DNA of 64,000 bases, from the NCBI GenBank assembly GCA_965644315.1, contig CBFFRQ010000089.1:1-64000 (forward strand), in the 5' to 3' direction. This DNA is from Caecitellus pseudoparvulus. Its lineage: Eukaryota; Protista; Bigyra: Bicosoecida. The position numbers and the translations under genes were made by a program. Under the pieces are notes generated by a model, which made no database searches, was not told the origin of the DNA, and was given only the letters and a program-made list of their open reading frames with translations. Position 1 is the first letter of the stretch. Each line of letters starts with the position of its first letter. Below are positions 11,380 to 22,000 of this stretch, one piece after another.

Positions 11380-12207
11380 TAGCCTAGAGCGCGGCGCGAG
11401 GCGGTGCAAGCTTACGGCGTGGCGTGGTGACAACCACGGTCGTGGCTGACTGAAGTGCGAGGGCAGGGTGATGTGATGTCCTTGATGAATGACGGAACCT
11501 GTGGAAAGTTGGAAGATGATGAAGTGAATATGTCCAGTATACTTACGTGATGGCTCGGGGTCCACGTGCAGCCCGAGATAGATTCCTGTGACGGAGCGCG
11601 CGGAATTTGACAGGGTGAACACGCGGGCGCGCGGGGAAACGTCGCAGGCGGGGCGCACTGGTCCTCAGGGCCTTGATTGACGAAATGACTGGATGTTCTG
11701 TGAAAAGGAGGAGGTGTTCTTGGTGTTCTTGGTGCTCGGGTGGCGTTGTTCCGGCGGTGCGCGCTGCTACCACCGGCGTGGTGCAGTGCAACACCGTCGT
11801 GAAACGCCACCCGAAGGCGGCCACTGCGGCTCAGGACAGCGCGCAGTGGCCCCAGGCACACGTGCAGTGCCTGGCAAGGGCCAGGAGAAGCGGGGGGTTT
11901 CTGAATTATGAAGCGAAGTGTGGACTGGGACGAAGCAGGAGTGGACCCGGCCCCCTCTGGCTCAGCCGACTGAGCCGAGAGGGCGCGGGAGGGGCAGTTC
12001 GACACGAATGGGCGGGCGCGGGCGCGCCCTAGCAAGCGGCGGCTCATACAACGGACGTATGTCCGTGATGGCTGCAGACCCACGAGAGTGGGAGCCGCTG
12101 TAGCGCTCCTGGTGTGCCTTGTGCACAGCAGCGGGCGCTACATGTGATGCCCAAGCTGTATCGCGTGCAAGCGTGAAGGCGACATGCAATGCATTGAATG
12201 AGCTAAC

Positions 12208-12262
12208 CAAGCTGTACAGTGCCAAGCGGTGCTGAGGTGAAATGCATTATGAATCGCTATCC
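12208..12262 (+). repeat. Direct duplicate of the 3'-terminal 55 nt of unit B (11314-11368)
   Basis: 41 nt are identical (caagctgtacagtgccaagcggtgctgaggtgaaatgcatt at 11314-11354 and 12208-12248), followed by atgaatcgctatcc versus gtgaattgctaacc. Confidence 0.93.
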
Positions 12263-12461
12263 GGCCAAGATTATGGGCGGGGTTGTCGTCTTAGCAAGCT
12301 ATCATTACAACCAAAAGAATGCAAATACGATCAAACACACAGGTCTGCAACTTGCAGAGTATTCCTGTACACTGGATCCTATTTGTACTCTTTTGTCGGA
12401 GAGAACTGAAACTATATTGCACGTATCCATTCTCTGTTCATCGAAGTGTCTGGGCTGCTGC

Positions 12462-14700
12462 TCACGAATGTCGGGGATTGGCGGCGCTGCTCCTTCGTTG
12501 AGCGGATGAGGTGCACCGGCGGGTGGAACTTGTGAGAGAAATCCGACCTCGGCTGTCATAGGACCGCCTTGCCGCCAAGGAGCCTCGCCGGGTGCGATGC
12601 TGCTCCGTCATGTCTGCAATGGCTACTATGTGGCCCATGCTCAGACGGCGTGTGCGCTGCAGAGGGTTCTCAACCTCTCCGCCGCCCCTGCCAAGCTCTG
12701 CCCTTTCGCTAAAGCTTGCACGCGGACAGGCATCATGGTGGGTCGAAGATGTACCTGGTGCACCAGGCATTGAATGGCTGAGGTCTGCAAGGACAGCTTG
12801 GGAGCTGCGCCCCGCTGCAGGAATCGGCAGGGCTGCTAGCTGGCCTGGTGTACTCTCATGGCCGGCTGGAAGGTCGAGCGTCTGATTTGCTTGCCCTGCT
12901 TGTGGTTGCGAGACGACCTGTACCTCAGCGCCAGCTGCTTCATCACTGCGTGCAGAGGTGGGCTTCAGTTTGCCTGCACGTAGTAGGTTGGTCGCGTTGC
13001 CTGCACTTGCCTCCGTGATGGACAGCAATGCTGACTTCTGCAAGTCCAACAATGATGTTGGCTGGGCTGGGCGTGTACCTGACAGCGCCCTTGGCGTGTC
13101 TGTTGTGATGCCGCTCGTTGGCACTGCGTTGGGAGAGAATGCCACAGAGACGAGGGCGGCTCCCCTTGGACCCAAAGCCTGCAGCACGGCATCGGCATCG
13201 CTACGTGGACTACCAGTCACCCCTTGTTGCATCATGCCACCAGGGAACGACAGCACAGTGCTCAGGCTGGTGGCCGTACTGGGGGCGGCTGGCTGGATGC
13301 GACGACACCTCGCCAGTCGCTGCGCCAGGTCTGACACAATCTCCACAAGCGTCGGCACTCGACTGTCCACGATCTGCCCCACGGTGCTGTCCCCTGCACT
13401 GTCCGCACTGCCCAGCTCAGGCAACAGAGCTCGGATGCGGGCTCCGACTCGAGCCAGCACTGCCCGTGCCGCTGAGCTGTACCCACGCACCACCACCAGC
13501 AGAATGGCCAGCAGAATGACACCTTGTGAAATATACAGCAGAGCATCCGTGAGTCCTCGCACACCTGCAGGTGGATGGAGGCTGTTCACGCCCACCAGGA
13601 TCACCTGCAGCAGAATGCCGCCATGTGCCATGACGTCCAGGTCTGTCAGCTCCTTCAGACACCAGGGCCGCCGCCACCGCACGAGAAGCAGGCTTCCCAG
13701 TACTACACCGCCCACCATGCACAGGCGCAAAGTGGTGTAGCCACGCGAAGCTACAGCATGCCGACTGGGCTAGCTCAGCCTCAGCGACAGCGGCCTCTGC
13801 AATGGCACTGCTCTTGTCGCCACCTGCGTGAGCCACAGTATACCGGGCTTGTACTGGTGTCATCTGGATGTTGTGGCTGCTTGACACGAAGCCACGCACC
13901 GTGGCGCCTCGCAGTGCAGCTGTGCTCGCTCCTCGTCACTGCCGCCAAGCCATGAAGGCGACGAAACCCACACTGCCTGCCAGAATGTGCAGCACGAGGG
14001 GGAAGATGAAGGGAGCCGCGGCTTTCACGGTGCCAGCTGGCACATTGGCATCGGCCATTGCTTCATGCTGAGGTCGCAGTCCCACCAGCTCGGCGTGCAG
14101 CTGCAGCAGAGCAGGCAGCAGGCGGACGTATGCAGCCGCTGGGAGCAACAGCAACACACTGCACCACACACCACGCGCTGTCCCAGTTGCAGGCTTTGCA
14201 AGTCCCAGCGTCGTTGCCAATGCCAGGAGCAGGAAAGCGCCCAGCGCCACCATGAACAGGTTGCCGACGTTGTCTGGACTGGATGGGTCGCCACCACCTG
14301 CAGCACAGGCCACAGATGGCAGACTGGCAAAATTGCTGGAGCCAGTGATGGCAGACAGCACTGCCATGGCACCTGTGCCAGCTGAGTCAGTGCCAGCATC
14401 GCGAGTATACAACGCGCCGTTCAGATTTGCGGTGGGCTGGCCTGCCCACGGCCTGGCCAGCTCGCAGGCGCTTGCCCACTGGTGCAGGGAGCGTGCTGAC
14501 GCCTGAAGAGAGTCTGGACCTGAAGGGGCGAGGATTGCGATCTGCGCTGAAATGCCGATGAACCACAGCATGATCCGCAGTCCGCCCAAGAACAGGCTGG
14601 TGGTGAGCTTTTCAACAGACTTGGCGTACTGGTGGAGAGCAAAAACTGCCAAGGCCATCGCCATGATGACCTGCAACATAGCAGAGCCAATGGCTGCACA
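12462..14700 (-). pseudogene. Disrupted multi-pass membrane protein gene
   Basis: Consecutive minus-strand ORFs with hydrophobic helices (13936-14805, 12462-13730) are separated by an in-frame TGA (WRQ*RGA) and a frame change. The 5' part abuts a relic ORF of opposite polarity. Confidence 0.5.
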
Positions 14701-14734
14701 TGCTGGCGATAATCTAGTGTCAGGATGCTGCCCA

Positions 14735-15585
14735 CAAGCTGAACAAGGAGGCTTGGCAGCCCAGTGCCTCCCTGATGTCCCCATCAGGCGTGATCGCGCC
14801 CCCAAGCGAGACTGCCTTGGCTGGCCCTGTGGGTGTTGCTGGGCTTGTTAATGGCGTGCTCTGCGCATTTCATGGCCCTAGGACTGCCTGGGGCAGCTAT
14901 CATGACCGTCCGTACAGTACTGGGACGAGCAAGACTACCGCCCTAGCATGGAGAAGGGACGGTGACGGCGCTCTCACGCAATGCGGCTGAGTTGCACGTC
15001 GCGTCGGCACTCCTGGATGGGAAAGGTTCAGTGGACGCCACAAAGAAAAGGGAAGCGACTGACAAACGAGAAAAGACGCTCTATAGGTTCATCGAGCTCT
15101 CTGAGGCCACGGAGTACAAGGCAGGAACCCTGGCAGGCACGGCACACACCGTCACGAACGAAAAATGGACCGTGGAGGTTGCCGCGAACACAGCCTTGGC
15201 CTGCTCAGCACACACCTCGCAGGCCCAATGGCAGTCTGTGGGAGTGACTTTTCTTCTCGGCGATGTATCCAGCCCACCATACTGCCGGGCCATGCCAGCG
15301 GGACGAACCAGTCTCGCTTCATCGTTTCCACATCCTGGGCTAGGTGAAGCGATACCCACAGCAACACGGCCCAGCCGCACACACAGCGTGATCACGATGG
15401 ACGTCGAAAACACCCAGCCACGCGCTCCCGAGCAGGCGTGCACCGAAAGTTTCACCAGCTCCACCTCGAGGTTGGCCGCCACCGCCTCAGCTGCAAACGC
15501 CAGTGCCGCATGGGTCAAAGGCCCGGCCGGCCACATGCAACGTGCAGCGCAACAGTGCATAGGTGCAGAAGGGTGGACTTTCTAA
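14735..15585 (+). pseudogene. Degenerate ORF relic homologous to ~58.75-59.45 kb (minus strand)
   Basis: Ungapped similarity: AELHVASALLDGKGS/AELGVASALRDGEGS and KAGTLAGTAHTVT/KASTLAGTTHAVT. Stops and frameshifts are present. Confidence 0.6.
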
Positions 15586-16632
15586 TATGCCTCTCTTCGG
15601 CAAGGGGGCAACCAGCTGCAGCGCTGGGCGCTGGAGCGGGGCTGGCCTTGTGCTTGGTGTGAAGGGAGTTTCATCCTGAACGGCGGACAATCACAAGCCG
15701 CTTGTTGAAAGGCCTGGAGCACGGTAGAGGCAGTACACATGCGACGGACACCCTTCACATGTCTACGTCCACCTCGCCCCCCAGCACCGGGGAACTTCAC
15801 CCTGCCATGAAGAGGCGGCCAGAATGCTCAGCTGCATGGGAAAGGTTGGTGTTGGCGGTGCGAAACGCGAAGCCACTCCGACACAGGGCGCTTCTGGCTG
15901 GACGGGTGGTGTTCCTGCAAAGATTGGGGAACTGCATGTCGAAGTGGCTTCAATGGGTACATGAAGCAGTGAATTGTGGCAAATCTCCCTGAACAGTCGC
16001 CGCAAGACGCTAACAACTCTGGGCTGGAAAGTCACGCAGAGAGCAACGGGTCTCTTACTGAAGTGCATTTTGCAGTAAGCTTCTCTGCTTTTCATGCCCT
16101 GCTCCTCATAGGCGCGCACAGGCTGGACGTAGTGGACGGCAGTTGCCCTGTCCACGCCTCAGCCTCCAAGCACCTCCACGGCGCCTGAGATGCATGTGCT
16201 GTGACCTCCACCTGCACCAGTCGCTCGTCCGAGCGCACTACCCACCCAGGCCTGCCTTTGCTCCCACAAGTATCATGACCACGGCTGAGGCTGCAGGAAG
16301 CTGCTTGAAGATTGATCTTTCCCACGCCGTGTGCCTTAGCCTTGGTGTCTCCGCAGCAGCTGGCCGAGAGTGCCCTGTGTCGAGCGTGGGTGAGGTGATC
16401 AAGGAAGAATGCAGGCGCCCATGCAGGCTGTGGCAAGGCTTCGAAATCGCATCTCAAGCCACTTAACGCCCCAAACCACACCCTCCTTGCAGCTTTCGGC
16501 CTGGTCCCAGCCCCACCTTTGCGAAGCCTGGCCTTGTCCAGGTACAGCGGATGGCAGCGAACGGAGCCAAGCCTCCAATTCAACCTGCACACAGCAGCCA
16601 GAGAAGCACCCCCACAAGTGCAGCTCGCGCAC

Positions 16633-17340
16633 CTACGCAGCAGCAACCCACGGTCTGAACAGCCCCATTGACGTTCGTCCGTGGCGAGTGCTCGAGGCGC
16701 CCCAGACAGCGTCCTTGGCTGCCTCTGCCGCGATGTCCCCTGTCGCAAGCCAAGACTTGGGAGCAACTGCTCGAGCTCCACCCAGACCCATAAACCCGAA
16801 CCAACCGCAGCAAGGCCCTCCTTGCACGCTAGACGGAAGCCAGCTTCATCTCAGACGCGCACTTCCACACTTCGGCCATCACTCAAGGCAAGAAGTTCCC
16901 GAACCACGCCCAAGTGGCCGTTGGAGCTGGCCCAGACAAAACCAAAGTCAAGCCCGCCTGCATCCCCAGCACTTTCAACAGCGTAAAGGCCTGTCAGAAA
17001 GAACATCCCCTGAGCAGCAGAAACGAGTCACTCTGACTTGCCCATCGAGCGTCGAACCCTCCCCGAGCATGTACGCCGCAAGTCTGCTCGTCAGCTAGGC
17101 CAAGCAGCTCACAAAGGGCGCCCACATGGTCGCCATGGCACATCTTCACAAGCTCGGCCTCAAATTCCTTCCCATTACTTGCATGCGCGTCCACAGCTCG
17201 CCCCCCTCAAAGTGCGAGAAGCTCCCACAACACATCCAAACGCCAGCCTGAACGCAGCTTCACACCTGGATCCACCTCTCGCAAACGCGTGAGCTGCCCG
17301 GCCACCATGCAAGCTCAAAGGTGTCACCAACATCCCAGGT
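16633..17340 (-). pseudogene. Heavily degenerate ankyrin-repeat gene copy
   Basis: Fragments EAAFRLAFGC, ELLAL*GGRAVDAHA and HVGALCELLGL. The C-terminal AAKDAVWGASSTRHGR matches AGKDAVWDGTSTREGR of the neighbouring copy. Confidence 0.55.
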
Positions 17341-17437
17341 GTCCATGCTAGCGTGAGAGTCGAATCCTGGCCTCAGGCACATTGAGGTCTGCTGTGTGCA
17401 CGTCCACTACGCGCTCTCCTCCCAAAAACGAGAGTCT

Positions 17438-18283
17438 CTACTCTGCCCGTAGCAGCACCGCAGCTCTGCGCCCCTCTCGAGTGCTTGTGCCGTCCCATAC
17501 GGCATCTTTGCCAGCCTGGACAGCAGCCAGCCCGGCATCAAGCCTGTCCTGGAGTGGAATGACGCGGCTGCCAGTCAGCGCCAGCAGCTCTTGCATGACA
17601 CCCACATTGACACCTTGGAAGGCGAAGCGGAAGGCAGCCCCGTTGCCCGCGTTCACATTCACAGCCCGCTGCCCAGTCAGAGCTTGGAGTTCTCGCACTA
17701 TCTCCACATGGCCAAATGCACACGCTTCGCGGAAGCCAGCCCCAGGCACACCCCTTGGCCCGGCATGCACATCCACTGCCTGGCCACCCTCCGAGGTCAG
17801 GAGCTCGCGGACCACTCCCAAGTGACAGCTCTTGCACGCGCCCCGGAACCCTCCTTCGGGCCCAAGCCAGTCCCTTGCGTTCACATCCACGGCACGCGGA
17901 CCAGTCAGAACTACGAGTTCACGCACGATGTCGACGTGACCATGCCCACATGCCTACTGAAATCAAATTTCTCGCCCACACAAGCCGCCAACATGCACAT
18001 CCTCCGCATTGTCACCTGCCAGCTCCAGGACATCGCGGACTTCCTGCACCCTTCCGTCTCAGCAAGCAGCCAGGAGTTTGGCTTCGCTGCTGCCACATCC
18101 TTGTCCACCTCCCGGCATGAAAAGGCTGGCCAGATCAATCGGCATCATTGGCTCCAACGGCATGAAAGAGCCTGCACTTCCAAACGGTGCTTGCCACCCC
18201 TCCTCTGGCGCTACTCCATGCGGCTGTCCATCCACCGTGGTCCAGCAGCCGTGAGAAGATACCAGCGACATCGGGGACTCCAC
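17438..18283 (-). pseudogene. Ankyrin-repeat protein pseudogene
   Basis: Repeats of type FRxAC-x-GHVxxVRELLxLxGxRAVDV(N/H)A. One continuous frame from 18283 carries three in-frame stops: LAAC*DGRVQEVRDVLELAGDNAEDVHVGGLCGREI*FQ*ACGHGHVDIVREL. Confidence 0.72.
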
Positions 18284-19040
18284 TGCGCTCGAGCTTCAAG
18301 GGTGCTGACCTCCTTACAGAGACCTCTGACACCAAACAAACTGAATACTATTGCGTTAGCCCCGGCTATCAGGACCTTCGCCGTGGACCTTGAGGTTTGC
18401 CAAAGGCTGCGTTGGCCTTGCGTTTCGAGCGAAACCCTCTCAGGCTGTCCCGCACGGCCGCCCACTATCATGGCAGGCCCTGGCGCGCGTGCAGCACAGA
18501 TATTTTTCCGCGCTGAACAATGAACTTTCCTTCGCTTCATGGAATGTGCGCCATGCCAATTTCTGCGGATATGCACATCTCAAGTCTGGCACCTGCACCC
18601 TTCGCACGCAGGGAGAGTAAGCCCCTTGCAATCACAGTTACACGATAGCCCAAGAACCACACAACCCAAGAAGGCCGCCGCTTCTCGTGCGTGTCCGTCC
18701 AAATGCACAACGCTCGATGCCAGGCAGTGTGCTCTGCAACAAGTATACCTCCCGCCCGGGTTCAGCTGATTTAGGCCAGGAGAAGGCGAGATTGCTGCAG
18801 CAACCTCCTTCAGCCTGACCTGCGTTACATGCACTACCACCCATTAAACCTATCGGTTTTTGTGAGGATTTGAGCTTTACTTGCGATGGGGTGCTCTTCC
18901 AGCAGGCCTGGGGCGCCTCCAGCAGACCCTGCGGATTTTGAGCCAGCCTCAGGGGGTGCACAGTCCTCACAGCCGTGCGTCGCCCTTGAGCGAGCCACGC
19001 GTGAGCTTTGCCGGCTTGATGCTAAATCACGGTTTCCCTC

Positions 19041-22000
19041 TTGTTCCAGCCGCAGCTGCTCTGGTGGACCGCCTGGATCCATGAGCACGCACGAAAGCGG
19101 TGCGTGGGCGTGGTGCCCGTCACTTTCGCGCATCCGTTTACCATGTGCTACTCCGCCTCTGGCGCAGGGACTCCACTTGGCGCTCTTCCCGCATCTTTGC
19201 ACGCGCGGCAGCATTCTGAATCGTCGTCGTTTCCGCCGCCAGCGTTGCCTGGCCTGGCTCCCTCCTACAGCTTGCTCCTCGGCAGCAGCCACGCTGACAG
19301 CTCCGCTAGCGGTCGCCTGCACAGCACCTCGAGCACCACTGCACATGGGAGTAGACGGGCTGTAACGGCATCACGCAGTGGTAACCTTTCTGGCACTCCC
19401 TACACCGCACCACCAACCCTTCCCCCAAGGCTGGCAGAGGTCCTGCCAGCTGCTGGCGGCCACACACCCAGCGCACCCACACCTGACCTTGTCAGTGACT
19501 ATGGACACCCTCCACGTGATGAAAGCGATGAATGGCTCCCACGCGTTCGCCCAACCATTGTGCAGTTGGGTGTAGGTGTGCGGAATGTAGGCCCAGCCCC
19601 TGTCTTGGCTCGGCAGTGGACAGGGAACAGTGACCAGGCGCACCAGTTCGCTGACAGGCGGCCCTGGCAAGAGAGTGGCACTGACATCGACTCTCCTTTT
19701 GCCCAAGAGACCGTGTCTGGTGCTTTGAGAGGCAGCGAGGTGTTGCCGGGATCGGGGGTGACCCGCGAGCATCAGCTGGCTATGCTGGACTGCATTATGG
19801 CCGTGCAGGCAGCCTACATCGACGCGCAGCCACCTGCCAGCTTGTTTGCGCCGCTGTTGCAGCAGGCATGTACAACCGCTGGCTGTAGCTTTGGCTTTCT
19901 TGGTGAAGCGTTTCTGCGGCGCGCTCCCTTGGCTTCTCAGTCGGAGCACGTACTGGAACCGCACGCCATCGCTGTGAGCGGCGGTGCAAGCCCGCCGTCC
20001 ACTGCAACCTTGCAGCTTCTGGCTCGGCCAAGCTTGCAGAGTGCGAGCCTGGACACCATGCATGGCCCAAGTCGCGACTTGCCCAGCCTCTCAAACTTCT
20101 TGTGCATCCCCCTTGCGTGTGCGGGGCACATGGTTGGGGTGCTGTGTCTGGGCGGACGGCCCACACGGTTCTCTGTGGCATTCCACGATGCCATCGCCCC
20201 ACTCTCCACAACTGCCGCGGCCTTGCTGCAGGGGTTCAAGAATCGTCGCGTCGAGCAAGGCCTGCGGCGCCGATTGACCAGCGAGAAGCAGCTGCTGGAC
20301 GTGCGCGTGAAGGAGGCCACAGCAGAGCTCCGGGCTGCCCAAGCAAGGCTGCAGGCCAAGAACGCGGAGCTGGTGGCCAAGCACCGCACCCTTGCATCTG
20401 CAAAGGCGAGTCAGCAGAGTATGTTCGGGAAATTAACTCATGAGGTGAAAAACCCCCTGTACGGTATGAAGGGCCATGTCGCAGAGTTGGTGGAAGACGC
20501 TGCAGCGCCTGGCACGAACCTTACTCCCGACCAAGCTGCCTCCCTTGCCATCATCCAGAGCAATATGACCCAGATCTCGCTCGTGGTCGAGGATATCTTG
20601 GCATTGATCAAGATGCAAACCCATGCCATGCGCATTCGCCCGACGTTTGTCTCCATGCGCGGCATGGGAGACATGCTAATGGCAGCATACAGCCCAGATG
20701 CTCGAAACCGAGGTCGGACCCTCACCTTAGAGCTATCGGACTCTGTCCCGCCCTTGGTCCTTGCGGACAAGCAGCGCTTGCGGCAGGTCCTGGACAACTA
20801 CGTGTACAATGCGATTAAGTACGCATCAAAGCACGTCAAGCTCACGATCAGCTCGAGCAGTGTCTTCAAGGCTGCTGACGTGGCGAGCTGGCGCCGTCAT
20901 GCTCGCCAGTCGTCACATGGTAGCACGGCCAGCCAGTCAGGCGTGGGGGCAGATGACCTGGACACCTTTGTTGTGATGTCGTCGCCCCAACCCGGAAGCC
21001 CAACTGTCTCTGACACAGCGTCTCCTGCCCAGGCGACAGACAGTGGAATGGACGCCAGCAAGCACAGTGAGTTCCAGGGGTGGGATGCGCCGCCATTGTC
21101 TGCAAGAGATGTGCTCCGCATGGGGCAAAAGTGTGCTCTGTCGCACGATCTGGGGCCGACAGTTGTCGCTGCTGGGGATACCGCTGATGCTGCGCAGACC
21201 GGCCTCGACGCAGAGTACACTTTCCTTCTTGTACAAGTTGCAGACGACGGCAGGGGGCTGTCGCCCGAGGTCGCTGCACAGCTGTTCAAGCCCTTTGTCC
21301 AAGAGGGTGACTTGGCAGGTGGCCAAGTATCAGAGGCTGGAACTGGTCTTGGCTTGGCCATCGTCCATGAGCTGGCAATAGCGCTCAAGGGCGAGGCCTG
21401 GGTTGTATCTCAGCCAGGACAAGGGAGCGCCTTTCGTTTCCTTCTTCCTGTGCGATTGCCAATGGAGCAGGACTGTCCGCAGGGGCAGTCGTTGCTCCAA
21501 GTCTCAGCGGCTGCAGCCACAGCAGGCATGGCCATGGCGGCACCACGGCCTCACTGCGTGCTGCCTTTCCGTCGAAAGGCCATGGCGCCTCCACAGCATG
21601 CGCCTGCCCCCCCTGCATCTCCTCTGGCAGACCTGAAGCCAACAGCAAGCGCTCGTGCAATCCTAGCCACGGGAATGTGCACAGTTCTGGTTGTAGACGA
21701 TGCAGATGTAAATCGACGCTTGCACGTTCGTTGGCTGAAAAAGATGGGTGCCCCTTCTTCCTCTGTTGTGCAGTGCACGAACGGTGTAAGTGCCGTTGAA
21801 ATCATCTGGCAAGGCTGGGTGACTTCTCTGCCTCACGCAGCAGAGCGAGCTGGAGTTGACATGACCAACCTGCGAGAATACCATGAGCGAAACTCCCTCC
21901 CTTGGCTCACCAAGCCTGTCGATATTGTCGTCTGTGATATGAGCATGGCCCCGGGGAACGGCTACGCTGTCATGCGTGAGCTCCATCGCTTGTTTGGCTG

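Larger units (their letters stand above)
5741..12262 (+). mobile_element. Head-to-tail array of telomere-associated retroelement units (remnant 5741-5781; A ~5782-8669; B 8730-11368; C ~11385-12208; D 12208-12262)
   Basis: Units A-D end in the same ordered motifs, CAAGCTGTA...AATGCATT...GCTAACC (D ends in the variant GCTATCC). Telomeric tracts follow A and B. Unit B carries a non-LTR ORF2-type C-terminus. Confidence 0.72.

Noticed and set aside
11314-12248. CRISPR-like repeat from the 41-nt direct repeat
   Set aside because: Only two copies ~890 nt apart, a eukaryotic context, and no cas genes.
5741-12262. Penelope-like (Athena/Coprina) assignment, or a telomerase RNA/TERT gene
   Set aside because: No RT core is in the window. 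The thumb-like segment and CCHC knuckle look LINE-like, and the CTAACC ends are multi-copy junctions.
13936-18061. Stop-codon reassignment (TGA read-through) to explain the in-frame stops
   Set aside because: Intact genes terminate with TGA, TAG and TAA, and the broken loci also contain frameshifts.
17591-18523. 310-aa plus-strand ORF
   Set aside because: Antisense to the ankyrin pseudogene, with no recognisable features.
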